From positions 1-13,495 of the IMG/VR virus record IMGVR_UViG_3300028991_000009: a DNA stretch of 13,495 nt; one strand, 5' to 3'. This document shows positions 1 to 6,143 of this stretch, piece by piece. The stretch comes from a virus (lineage: Duplodnaviria; Heunggongvirae; Uroviricota; Caudoviricetes). Under the pieces are notes generated by a model that was not told the origin of the DNA, ran no database searches, and saw only the letters and a program-made list of their open reading frames with translations. Position 1 is the stretch's first letter. Each line of letters opens with the position of its first letter. The translations under genes were made by a program, and so were the position numbers.

Positions 1-1988
1 CTGTCTTCTCCGCTTCCGCTGGTCAGGCGCAGACTGAAGCGCACGCCCTTCACCACCCGCGGCGTGTCCCATTTCGCCAGCGCCAGATACTGGCCGTCAG
101 CGGCGCTCACCTCCACCGTAAGGTGCTGCACTGCCGGTGGGATGACGCTGTTCAGGGTGCCTGACTGCGGCTCAAAGCTGGCCCCGTTATCCACGATGGC
201 TTCTTTTTCCGGCACATGCTGCACTGCCGTGATGGCAAAGGTGCCGTCCGTGTTTTCCCGGATGGAGACACAGCGGAACAGGCGACGACGCAGTGACGGC
301 AGGGAGAGTCCCCACACACCGTATGTCTCCACACCATCCGGCAGGGTACTGACCTGTATCCGGTCCGGCGCGGGGTGTGCAGTGATGACCACGCTCACCG
401 GCTTACCGCTGCCGTTAATCAGGTTCACCGTCGAAGTACCTGTCTCCGGCAGGCTCACCTCACGGTCCAGTGTCAGGGTGCGGCTGGCGGCATCAATGGA
501 CAGGATGCGTCCGCCGGTCATGGTCCCGGCATAGTCGTTATCACAGATTTCAATAATGTCACCGGGTGTGTGACGCAGCCCCTGTGACCCGAGCGTGAAA
601 TCCACCGTCTGCGTTTCCAGCAGTTCGGTCTTTATCACCCACAGCCCGGCACGGTGGGCCTGACCGCGACTGGTGCAGCCGAACGCATCCATCTTCAGCA
701 GGTTGCGCCCGTAGCGCAGTATGGCGTCCGGGTCTTCCACCAGTTCCGTGGAGGTCTGCCAGCCGTTCTGCGGGTCGGTGTAATTCACCTCCACCGCCGT
801 GTGACGGTCCTTCAGGGCACTGAAGCTGTAGCGGAACCCCACGCCGTTATCATCCACCACCACATCGCTGTTGGTGTACGGCCACACCACATCCGACGGG
901 CGGTCCTGAACGAACGTCAGCGTCTGGCCGTTCCATACCGGCATACAGCGCATCGCCGAGCAGAAATCACTGAGGACGTCCCACGCCTTACGCTGTTGTG
1001 ACAGGTACGCATTAAAGGTCATCCGCGGCTCTGTGCCCCCGAAACCATCCGGGACCATCTGGTCGCAGTACTGCCCGATGGCATACAGCGCCCATTTGTC
1101 CACATCCGCCGCCCCCAGGCGTTTTCCCATTCCGTAACGCGGATGAGTCAGCATGTCCCACAGGCACCAGGCCGGGTTGTTGCTGTATGCCGGTTTCAGG
1201 CTGCCGTCCCAGATGCCGCTGTAAGTGCGTTTTTCCGGGTCATAGTTTGACGGCACCTGGATGATGCGACCGCGGATATGGTAGTTCACCGTCATCTGCT
1301 GACCGCCAAACTGCTCCGCATCCACCTGCAGGCCCACAATCGCCGTGTTCGGGTAGCACTGTTTCACATCGATGATTTCGGTGTATGACGACCACAGCGT
1401 TCTGTTCTGCAGCTGGTCCGTGGTGCTGTCCGCCGTCTCCCGGACCATCCGGATGTTAAAGGGGCGGGGAGGCAGATTATCCAGAATCACCGACGCCAGA
1501 AACTGCGAGGTGGTCTTGCCGTTAATGGTGACATCCTTTTCCGTCACCCAGTTACCGTTACGCTGTAACTGAATCAGCAGCCGGACAGAAGCCGGATTAC
1601 GGTCACCCTCTGACGTGGTCTGCACCAGTGACTGCACCCCGAAGGTGACCCGCAGGCGGTCAATGTTCGCGGACGTAATGGTGCGCGTCACCGGCTTTGC
1701 CTTCGTCACTTCCACGCCCAGTGCGGTTTCAGCTCCGGAGGACTCAAAGCCTTCGGGTGGTGTCTGCTCCTGCTCCCCGGCGCGCCAGACCGCGGTCACA
1801 CCGTGTATCACGGGATTACCGTCCGTGTCCGTCAGCGGGGTTTTGTTCACCAGAATACTCTGCAGTCCCTTCACCGGACCTTCAATCGGCCCTTCACCAA
1901 TGGCGTCAATCACGCTCATCATCTGCGTGGACTTAAGATTGTCCTTTGCCTCAACCGGCGTGTGCGCCTTGCCGCCACCTTTGCCCAC
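1..1988 (-). CDS. J: Tail tip host-specificity protein J (central tail fibre), N-terminal part; the ORF runs off the window start
   Basis: Hand translation from the GTG at 1988..1986 gives VGKGGGKAHTPVEAKDNLKSTQMMSVIDAIGEGPIEGPVKGLQ, matching the N-terminus of lambda gpJ as I recall it. SD-like AAGGGGGA lies 5-6 nt upstream. The nearest in-frame upstream stop is at 2066..2064 and there is no in-frame ATG between. No competing minus-strand ORF is listed between 338 and 1988, consistent with one long frame leaving the window. Position after I fits lambda order. Confidence 0.85.
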   Translation of the reverse strand, partial: MGKGGGKAHTPVEAKDNLKSTQMMSVIDAIGEGPIEGPVKGLQSILVNKTPLTDTDGNPVIHGVTAVWRAGEQEQTPPEGFESSGAETALGVEVTKAKPVTRTITSANIDRLRVTFGVQSLVQTTSEGDRNPASVRLLIQLQRNGNWVTEKDVTINGKTTSQFLASVILDNLPPRPFNIRMVRETADSTTDQLQNRTLWSSYTEIIDVKQCYPNTAIVGLQVDAEQFGGQQMTVNYHIRGRIIQVPSNYDPEKRTYSGIWDGSLKPAYSNNPAWCLWDMLTHPRYGMGKRLGAADVDKWALYAIGQYCDQMVPDGFGGTEPRMTFNAYLSQQRKAWDVLSDFCSAMRCMPVWNGQTLTFVQDRPSDVVWPYTNSDVVVDDNGVGFRYSFSALKDRHTAVEVNYTDPQNGWQTSTELVEDPDAILRYGRNLLKMDAFGCTSRGQAHRAGLWVIKTELLETQTVDFTLGSQGLRHTPGDIIEICDNDYAGTMTGGRILSIDAASRTLTLDREVSLPETGTSTVNLINGSGKPVSVVITAHPAPDRIQVSTLPDGVETYGVWGLSLPSLRRRLFRCVSIRENTDGTFAITAVQHVPEKEAIVDNGASFEPQSGTLNSVIPPAVQHLTVEVSAADGQYLALAKWDTPRVVKGVRFSLRLTSGSGED

Positions 1989-2029
1989 GGAATCCCCCTT
2001 CACTGTCCGCTGCCGGACACTGTTGATGT

Positions 2030-2061
2030 ACAAAAACAACAGGCACCCCGGAGAGTGCCTG
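2030..2061 (-). terminator. Hairpin plus U-rich tract (intrinsic-terminator-like) about 40 nt upstream of the J start
   Basis: Plus strand caggcac(2040-2046) / 8-nt loop / gtgcctg(2055-2061). On the minus strand the stem is followed by TTGTTTTTGT (2030-2039). Confidence 0.4.
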
Positions 2062-2099
2062 CATCATGACGGAATAAAAATTCTGAATATCTTCACATT

Positions 2100-2127
2100 T
2101 TCACAAACAGCCTGTGGCGCTTATAAT
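2100..2127 (+). promoter_or_regulatory. Near-consensus sigma70-type promoter on the plus strand (antisense to the tail operon)
   Basis: -35 TTCACA (2100-2105, 5/6 match to TTGACA), 16-bp spacer, -10 TATAAT (2122-2127, 6/6). Predicted start about 2133-2136. Confidence 0.4.
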
Positions 2128-2132
2128 TTCAC

Positions 2133-2232
2133 CGCGCTAATGTTTTTTTGCCCGAGTAACAGAAACAAAAATAACTCCTTAACGTTAATCTTTGTCTGTC
2201 CCCGCAGCTCCGCAACTCTGCGGGATTTTTTT
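2133..2232 (+). ncRNA. Candidate small RNA of about 100 nt between I and J, defined by the plus-strand promoter and the plus-strand intrinsic terminator
   Basis: The promoter at 2100-2127 and terminator at 2202-2232 are correctly ordered and spaced on the same strand. The only ATG after the predicted start (2140) has no SD and belongs to a long antisense frame, so a coding function is unlikely. The I-J spacer here is 250 nt versus about 60 nt in lambda as I recall. Confidence 0.3.
2202..2232 (+). terminator. Rho-independent terminator, plus-strand orientation
   Basis: cccgcag(2202-2208) / 9-nt loop / ctgcggg(2218-2224) followed by seven T (2226-2232). On the minus strand the stem is preceded, not followed, by the A/T run, so it is oriented for plus-strand transcripts. 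Confidence 0.55.
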
Positions 2233-2238
2233 ATGCTT

Positions 2239-2919
2239 TTACCCCTGCCGCCCGATAACCACCACCTTCCCGCCAGCGCCTTCATCACGGGTGCTGACGT
2301 CCTGGGATATTCGCCGGGAGCCAACCAGCATTTCACCGTAAGGCACCGGCATCGGGTTCCCCTGGGCAATCATGTTATCCAGCGAGGAAAAGTACGTGTT
2401 CTGTCTGCCGTTATCCGTGCTTTTGTACTCCGGTACTTTAGCCTTCGGCTCAAGCATCTGAGCCACACCACCCAGAATCATGCTGGCCCCCAGTGAAAAC
2501 AGCATCGTGGTGGCAGAAAAACCACCGGCTGCCAGGGCTGAACCCCATAACGCCATTGATGCCCCGGCCGTGAAGAACGACCCCACGATGGCCGCCGCCC
2601 CCAGCACAATCTGCAGTCCGCCCTTTCCGGCTCCGGCCAGTCGCGGCACAATGTGGATGACCGTTCCCTCACCCAGTTGTTCGTGAAGACGGGCGTACAC
2701 CGCCTCCGGTGCCGTGTCCTCACCGCGAATACGTATCTGGTACCAGCCTTCGTTCATCTGACGGCGGAATCCCGGCATCTGCATCGACAGGGCGCGAATG
2801 GCTTCCGCTGCCGTGTTCACATACAGGCTGAGGCGGCGGCCAAATCGTTGTAAATCCCCGTGAAGGCAGATGCGTGCCAGTGGCGGTGACGCCAGACAGA
2901 ATGCGTTCGTCGTTGCCAT
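2239..2919 (-). CDS. I: Tail tip assembly protein I
   Basis: 226-aa ORF. N-terminus MATTNAFCLASPPLARICLHGDLQRFGRRL and the C-terminal region NTYFSSLDNM..GEMLVGSR..DEGAGG match lambda gpI as recalled. Its 5' end overlaps the K 3' end by 103 nt (2817-2919), as in lambda. Confidence 0.9.
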   Translation of the reverse strand: MATTNAFCLASPPLARICLHGDLQRFGRRLSLYVNTAAEAIRALSMQMPGFRRQMNEGWYQIRIRGEDTAPEAVYARLHEQLGEGTVIHIVPRLAGAGKGGLQIVLGAAAIVGSFFTAGASMALWGSALAAGGFSATTMLFSLGASMILGGVAQMLEPKAKVPEYKSTDNGRQNTYFSSLDNMIAQGNPMPVPYGEMLVGSRRISQDVSTRDEGAGGKVVVIGRQG

Positions 2920-3560
2920 TTTTCGGAATACCTCTCCCGTTTACTCAGTTGTTCAGGCAGATGGTGAAGCAGTTCACCGTTGCCGCAGTAAATGGCGGCA
3001 TGATTGGCCACCGATGCGCCAAAGCAGCACAGCAGGATATCGCCCGCCTGTGCAGAGGACAGGGGCACCCGGTAAAAGCCCGTTGCCTCCATATTGTCCA
3101 GGTACAGGTTCTGACCGTTGCGCCACCACTCATCCTCACGGTGAAAATCCGGCATCTCAATCCCCGCCAGATGGTATGCATCCCGGAACAGGGTGTAACA
3201 GTCCGTCACCCCGTGCTCAAAGCGCCGTCCGGTCAGGTGCGGCACACAGCGGAATTTGTGAATGTCACCCCGGCAGACCAGCCACCAGGGCAGTGCGCTT
3301 TTTATCTGCAGTCGCCGGTCTGCCTCGCTCAGCCAGGGCAGACCACCGGGATGACTGTGGACCAGTGCCACAATCTCCCCCTGCATCTCTGCCCGCAGCC
3401 AGTCTTCCGGTGCAATACGAAAATACGCCTCCGGCTCTGCAGAGATATTCACACAAGGGATATAGCGCTCCCCCTCCGGCGTTCTCACCACAAAGCCGCA
3501 CGACTCCGCAGGCGCACACCGCCGGGCATGCGCCAGAATCGCTGATTCTGTCTGTGTCAT
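2817..3560 (-). CDS. K: Tail tip assembly protein K (JAB/MPN metalloprotease-like domain plus NlpC/P60-like domain)
   Basis: 247-aa ORF starting 5 nt after the L stop. It contains an exact JAMM motif HSHPGGLPWLSEAD (H-x-H-x7-S-x2-D) and an NlpC/P60-like Cys context GVTDCYTLF. Start is uncertain because there is no clear SD; an internal start is possible. Confidence 0.85.
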   Translation of the reverse strand: MTQTESAILAHARRCAPAESCGFVVRTPEGERYIPCVNISAEPEAYFRIAPEDWLRAEMQGEIVALVHSHPGGLPWLSEADRRLQIKSALPWWLVCRGDIHKFRCVPHLTGRRFEHGVTDCYTLFRDAYHLAGIEMPDFHREDEWWRNGQNLYLDNMEATGFYRVPLSSAQAGDILLCCFGASVANHAAIYCGNGELLHHLPEQLSKRERYSEKWQRRTHSVWRHRHWHASAFTGIYNDLAAASACM

Positions 3561-3565
3561 TGGAT

Positions 3566-4264
3566 TTACTGCGAAAGTTTATTAATGGAAAGGAAACCGC
3601 CGAAATTAGCCACCATGCCGCGCAGCTCACACCCGCGCAGACACTTGCTGCATCTGTCCTTACGGATATCCGTGGTGGGGTTATCGAACTCATCCGCCAC
3701 CGCAGGACCGTTATACCCGCATTCATCGCCCCGGTAATCCCACATACAGGTGTTCGCCAGCATGATGCGACCAGGAAACAGCGCCCCGTCCGTCTCGGTC
3801 GGTGTCGCCAGCACAAACGAGGCCGTCATGGCCGTCAGCTCTGACATCTGCTCCACCACCCAGCGGTCGGTCAGCTCCTGCTCCGGGTCTGCCTCAGGAT
3901 TGCCTGCCACAAAGTTCACCGCATCCAGAAAACGCGCATACACCCGACGGCGGACCACCGTGGCCCCCACCAGACTCTGCAGGTCCTCCGCCATACCGGT
4001 GACAAGACCGAACAGATTGGACACCGTCAGCGACGGTCTGGCACTGCTGCCCTTCCCGTTCATCTCAAAACCGCTGCCGTCAATCGGGTATGCCTCATAC
4101 GTCCGCCCCTGCCAGGTGACCGGCTCCCCTTTTTCATTCAGCTCGTTGCAGAAAAAATACCGCTCACCGCCCTGCACCGTCAGGTCAATTTCCCAGAGCA
4201 CCACCCGCGGTGACTGTTCTGATTTCACCGACTCGTTCAGACTTTCTTCGTGGATCTCCTGCAT
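3566..4264 (-). CDS. L: Minor tail protein L
   Basis: 232 aa, the same length as lambda gpL, with near-colinear similarity (MQ.I..E.LNE....EQS..VVLWEIDLT..GGERYFFCNE.NEKGEPVTWQGR ... GNFGGFLSINKLSQ). Confidence 0.95.
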   Translation of the reverse strand: MQEIHEESLNESVKSEQSPRVVLWEIDLTVQGGERYFFCNELNEKGEPVTWQGRTYEAYPIDGSGFEMNGKGSSARPSLTVSNLFGLVTGMAEDLQSLVGATVVRRRVYARFLDAVNFVAGNPEADPEQELTDRWVVEQMSELTAMTASFVLATPTETDGALFPGRIMLANTCMWDYRGDECGYNGPAVADEFDNPTTDIRKDRCSKCLRGCELRGMVANFGGFLSINKLSQ

Positions 4265-4276
4265 AAACTTCCACTC

Positions 4277-4301
4277 ATAAAAAAGGGGCGCAATGCGCCC
4301 C
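4277..4301 (-). terminator. Rho-independent terminator closing the porin insertion, 13 nt upstream of the L start
   Basis: Minus strand GGGGCGC / ATT / GCGCCCC (4285-4301) followed by TTTTTTAT (4277-4284). The plus-strand orientation lacks a T tract. Confidence 0.7.
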
Positions 4302-4384
4302 GAACAAAAAAGTTCAATTAAAAATCGAAAGCAATGAAGGTAATAAAATGAAAATTAAATCGGCTAATTGCCGATTGCAGTGAC

Positions 4385-4438
4385 CGGTGAAAACTATACT
4401 TTCACCGCTACAGACCATCTGTGAGGGCAGATGGTCTG
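4385..4438 (-). other. Two adjacent stable hairpins in the porin 3' UTR
   Basis: Perfect 11-bp inverted repeat cagaccatctg(4411-4421) / 6-nt loop / cagatggtctg(4428-4438), and an 8-bp stem cggtgaaa(4385-4392) / 7-nt loop / tttcaccg(4400-4407). Neither is followed by a U tract on the minus strand. Confidence 0.5.
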
Positions 4439-4462
4439 TATTTGTTCACTCACCAGTTATCA

Positions 4463-5599
4463 TCAGAACTGATAAGTCATACCAACGGCAACGATATTAT
4501 CCGTTGCAACACCTGCATCCTGGGTAAACTGACTTTCATCAATCAGATTGATTTTATAATCAACATAGGTGGACATATTTTTATTGAAATAATATGTTGC
4601 ACCCACATCAATATATTTAACCAGATCCTGATTGCCATAGTTTTTACCACCGACAATGACATCCTGAGCACGAGACTGCAGGAACGCCAGAGATGGACGC
4701 AGACCGAAATCAAACTGATACTGTAATACCGCTTCAAAGTTCTGGGCTTTATCTGCCACCCCTTTGTCGCCAAAGGTCGTCATATTCTGAGTCTCAGAAT
4801 ATATTGTCGCCAGATAAATGTTGTTGGCATCATATTTAAGCCCGGTGCCCCACATCTCAGCGTGTTTACCTTTTGCAACACTGCCGGAATCAACAACTGT
4901 TTGAGTACCGTTTACTGTTTGCGTACCATTCAGGCCTTTCACCTGATTGTTGGTACGGTCCGCGTTAGTATATGCAGCCACGATACCAAAACCTTCATAT
5001 TCATAACTGGCAGAGAAACCATAACCATCGCCATTAGCTTCCTGAAGGTCATCACGTTCATTTTTGCCCTGATACTGAGCAGCAAAATTCAGGCCATCAA
5101 CAAGTCCAAAGAAATCAGTATTACGGTAAGTCGCCACACCAGAAGTACGGGCAGTCATGAAGTTATCAGTCTGGGTCCAGACATCACCACCAAACTCTGG
5201 TAATACGTCGGTATAAGCACCAACATCATACGCAATACCATAGTTACGACCATAATCAATGCTGCCAAAGTCACCGAACTTCAGACCAGCAAACGCCAGA
5301 CGGGTCTTATTACCCGCAGCACCGTCTGATTCAGTTTTATTACCAGAGAACTGATATTCCCACTGACCAAAACCGGTCAGTTGATCATTAATCTGAGTTT
5401 CACCTTTAAAGCCCAGACGCGCATATGTCTGATCACCATCATTTCCCTTATCGCTTGAGAAATAATGCAGTGCGGTTACTCGTCCATACAAATCAAGTTT
5501 ATTGCCATCTTTATTGTAAACTTCTGCAGCCTGTGCCCCGGCTGCAAAAATCACAGCCGCAGCCACGGCTGAAAGTGCCACTGTCATTTTTTTCATCAT
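4463..5599 (-). CDS. General diffusion porin of the OmpC/OmpF superfamily, closest to phage-type NmpC/Lc/OmpD porins
   Basis: 378 aa. Signal peptide [24 protein letters not shown] followed by [15 protein letters not shown]. Conserved porin blocks [96 protein letters not shown], and the C-terminal YQF beta-barrel signature. SD AAGGA lies 5 nt upstream of the ATG. The gene is markedly more AT-rich than the flanking tail genes. Confidence 0.95.
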   Translation of the reverse strand: MMKKMTVALSAVAAAVIFAAGAQAAEVYNKDGNKLDLYGRVTALHYFSSDKGNDGDQTYARLGFKGETQINDQLTGFGQWEYQFSGNKTESDGAAGNKTRLAFAGLKFGDFGSIDYGRNYGIAYDVGAYTDVLPEFGGDVWTQTDNFMTARTSGVATYRNTDFFGLVDGLNFAAQYQGKNERDDLQEANGDGYGFSASYEYEGFGIVAAYTNADRTNNQVKGLNGTQTVNGTQTVVDSGSVAKGKHAEMWGTGLKYDANNIYLATIYSETQNMTTFGDKGVADKAQNFEAVLQYQFDFGLRPSLAFLQSRAQDVIVGGKNYGNQDLVKYIDVGATYYFNKNMSTYVDYKINLIDESQFTQDAGVATDNIVAVGMTYQF

Positions 5600-5801
5600 T
5601 TGTTCCTTATTTTAATTGAACTATTCATGAATTGGGCTGTCATGAACGCCAGTTAAAATATTTTACTACAAATTCTGAATTCAACTCATTAAATGCAACA
5701 AAATGTAAATAAAAGAGCGATTTCGCACTTTTTGTTAAGACAACAAAAAATAATTTTGCACGAAACAATAAAGATTAATTTATAATACAATTCCTGGAAA
5801 T
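5600..5801 (-). promoter_or_regulatory. AT-rich upstream region of the porin gene with a putative promoter and an OmpR-box-like element
   Basis: A 202-bp AT-rich spacer between the M stop and the porin start. Minus-strand TTTACATTTTGTTGCATTT (5709..5691) resembles OmpR binding sites of ompC/ompF (TTTACATTTTGAAACAT-type, from memory). A candidate -10 TAAAAT lies at 5665..5660 with a weak -35. Confidence 0.4.
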
Positions 5802-6143
5802 CTATGAGATTACCTGCTCAATCGTGCAACTGAAATCACTGTACCGGGCGTTATCCGTAACACTCCACTCCCGGCACACCACCCTGACCGTCCGGTTATG
5901 TTTCGGGGGCTTCCACAAAAAAGCCCGGTAACCACCATGCCATGACAGAAACGCGGACAGTGCCTCCCGCTCAGCATCCGTTGTCACCCGAAAAACCACC
6001 TGAAAGGTCTTCAGTTGCGCATTCAGTCCTGCCGGACGACGCTGCTGATAACCGTCGCCAAACTTCACCGTCATCACCGACGGTTTCTCCGTCACCTGCA
6101 TCCCTTCCCGGGGACACCAGTGAAGGGTCTTAATCTCATCCAC
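5802..6143 (-). CDS. M: Minor tail protein M
   Basis: 113 aa. Motifs FGDGYQQRRPAGLNAQLKT and FLWKPP match lambda gpM (109 aa) as recalled. Its start overlaps the tape-measure stop by 8 nt. Confidence 0.9.
   Translation of the reverse strand: MDEIKTLHWCPREGMQVTEKPSVMTVKFGDGYQQRRPAGLNAQLKTFQVVFRVTTDAEREALSAFLSWHGGYRAFLWKPPKHNRTVRVVCREWSVTDNARYSDFSCTIEQVIS

Noticed and set aside
1960-2067. Small minus-strand ORF starting ATGATG at 2067 and overlapping the J start in another frame (about 37 codons)
   Set aside because: No SD, it overlaps the terminator hairpin and the J initiation region, and its composition is not protein-like.
2121-2369. 82-aa minus-strand ORF spanning the I 3' end and the I-J spacer
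   Set aside because: It is an alternative frame across the I gene and the terminator; the I assignment explains the region.
3265-3816. 183-aa minus-strand ORF overlapping K and L in another frame
   Set aside because: Alternative frame of GC-rich coding sequence; K and L are strongly supported.
2870-3844. Long plus-strand ORFs (324 aa at 2870-3844; also 2874-3545, 3750-4280, 1615-2496, 9927-10559, 6980-7360 and others)
   Set aside because: All lie antisense to well-supported tail genes, are Pro/Arg/Ser/Ala-rich as expected from the reverse complement of GC-rich coding DNA, and lack SD sequences or operon context.
4411-4438. 11-bp perfect inverted repeat considered as a plus-strand terminator or as a mobile-element terminal inverted repeat
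   Set aside because: No plus-strand gene precedes it, and there is no matching second copy or transposase in the window. It is most simply part of the porin 3' UTR.
4421-5203. ORFs inside the porin gene on other frames or strands (4421-4726 +, 4543-4773 -, 4862-5203 +)
   Set aside because: Low-complexity AT-rich translations nested within a strongly supported porin CDS.
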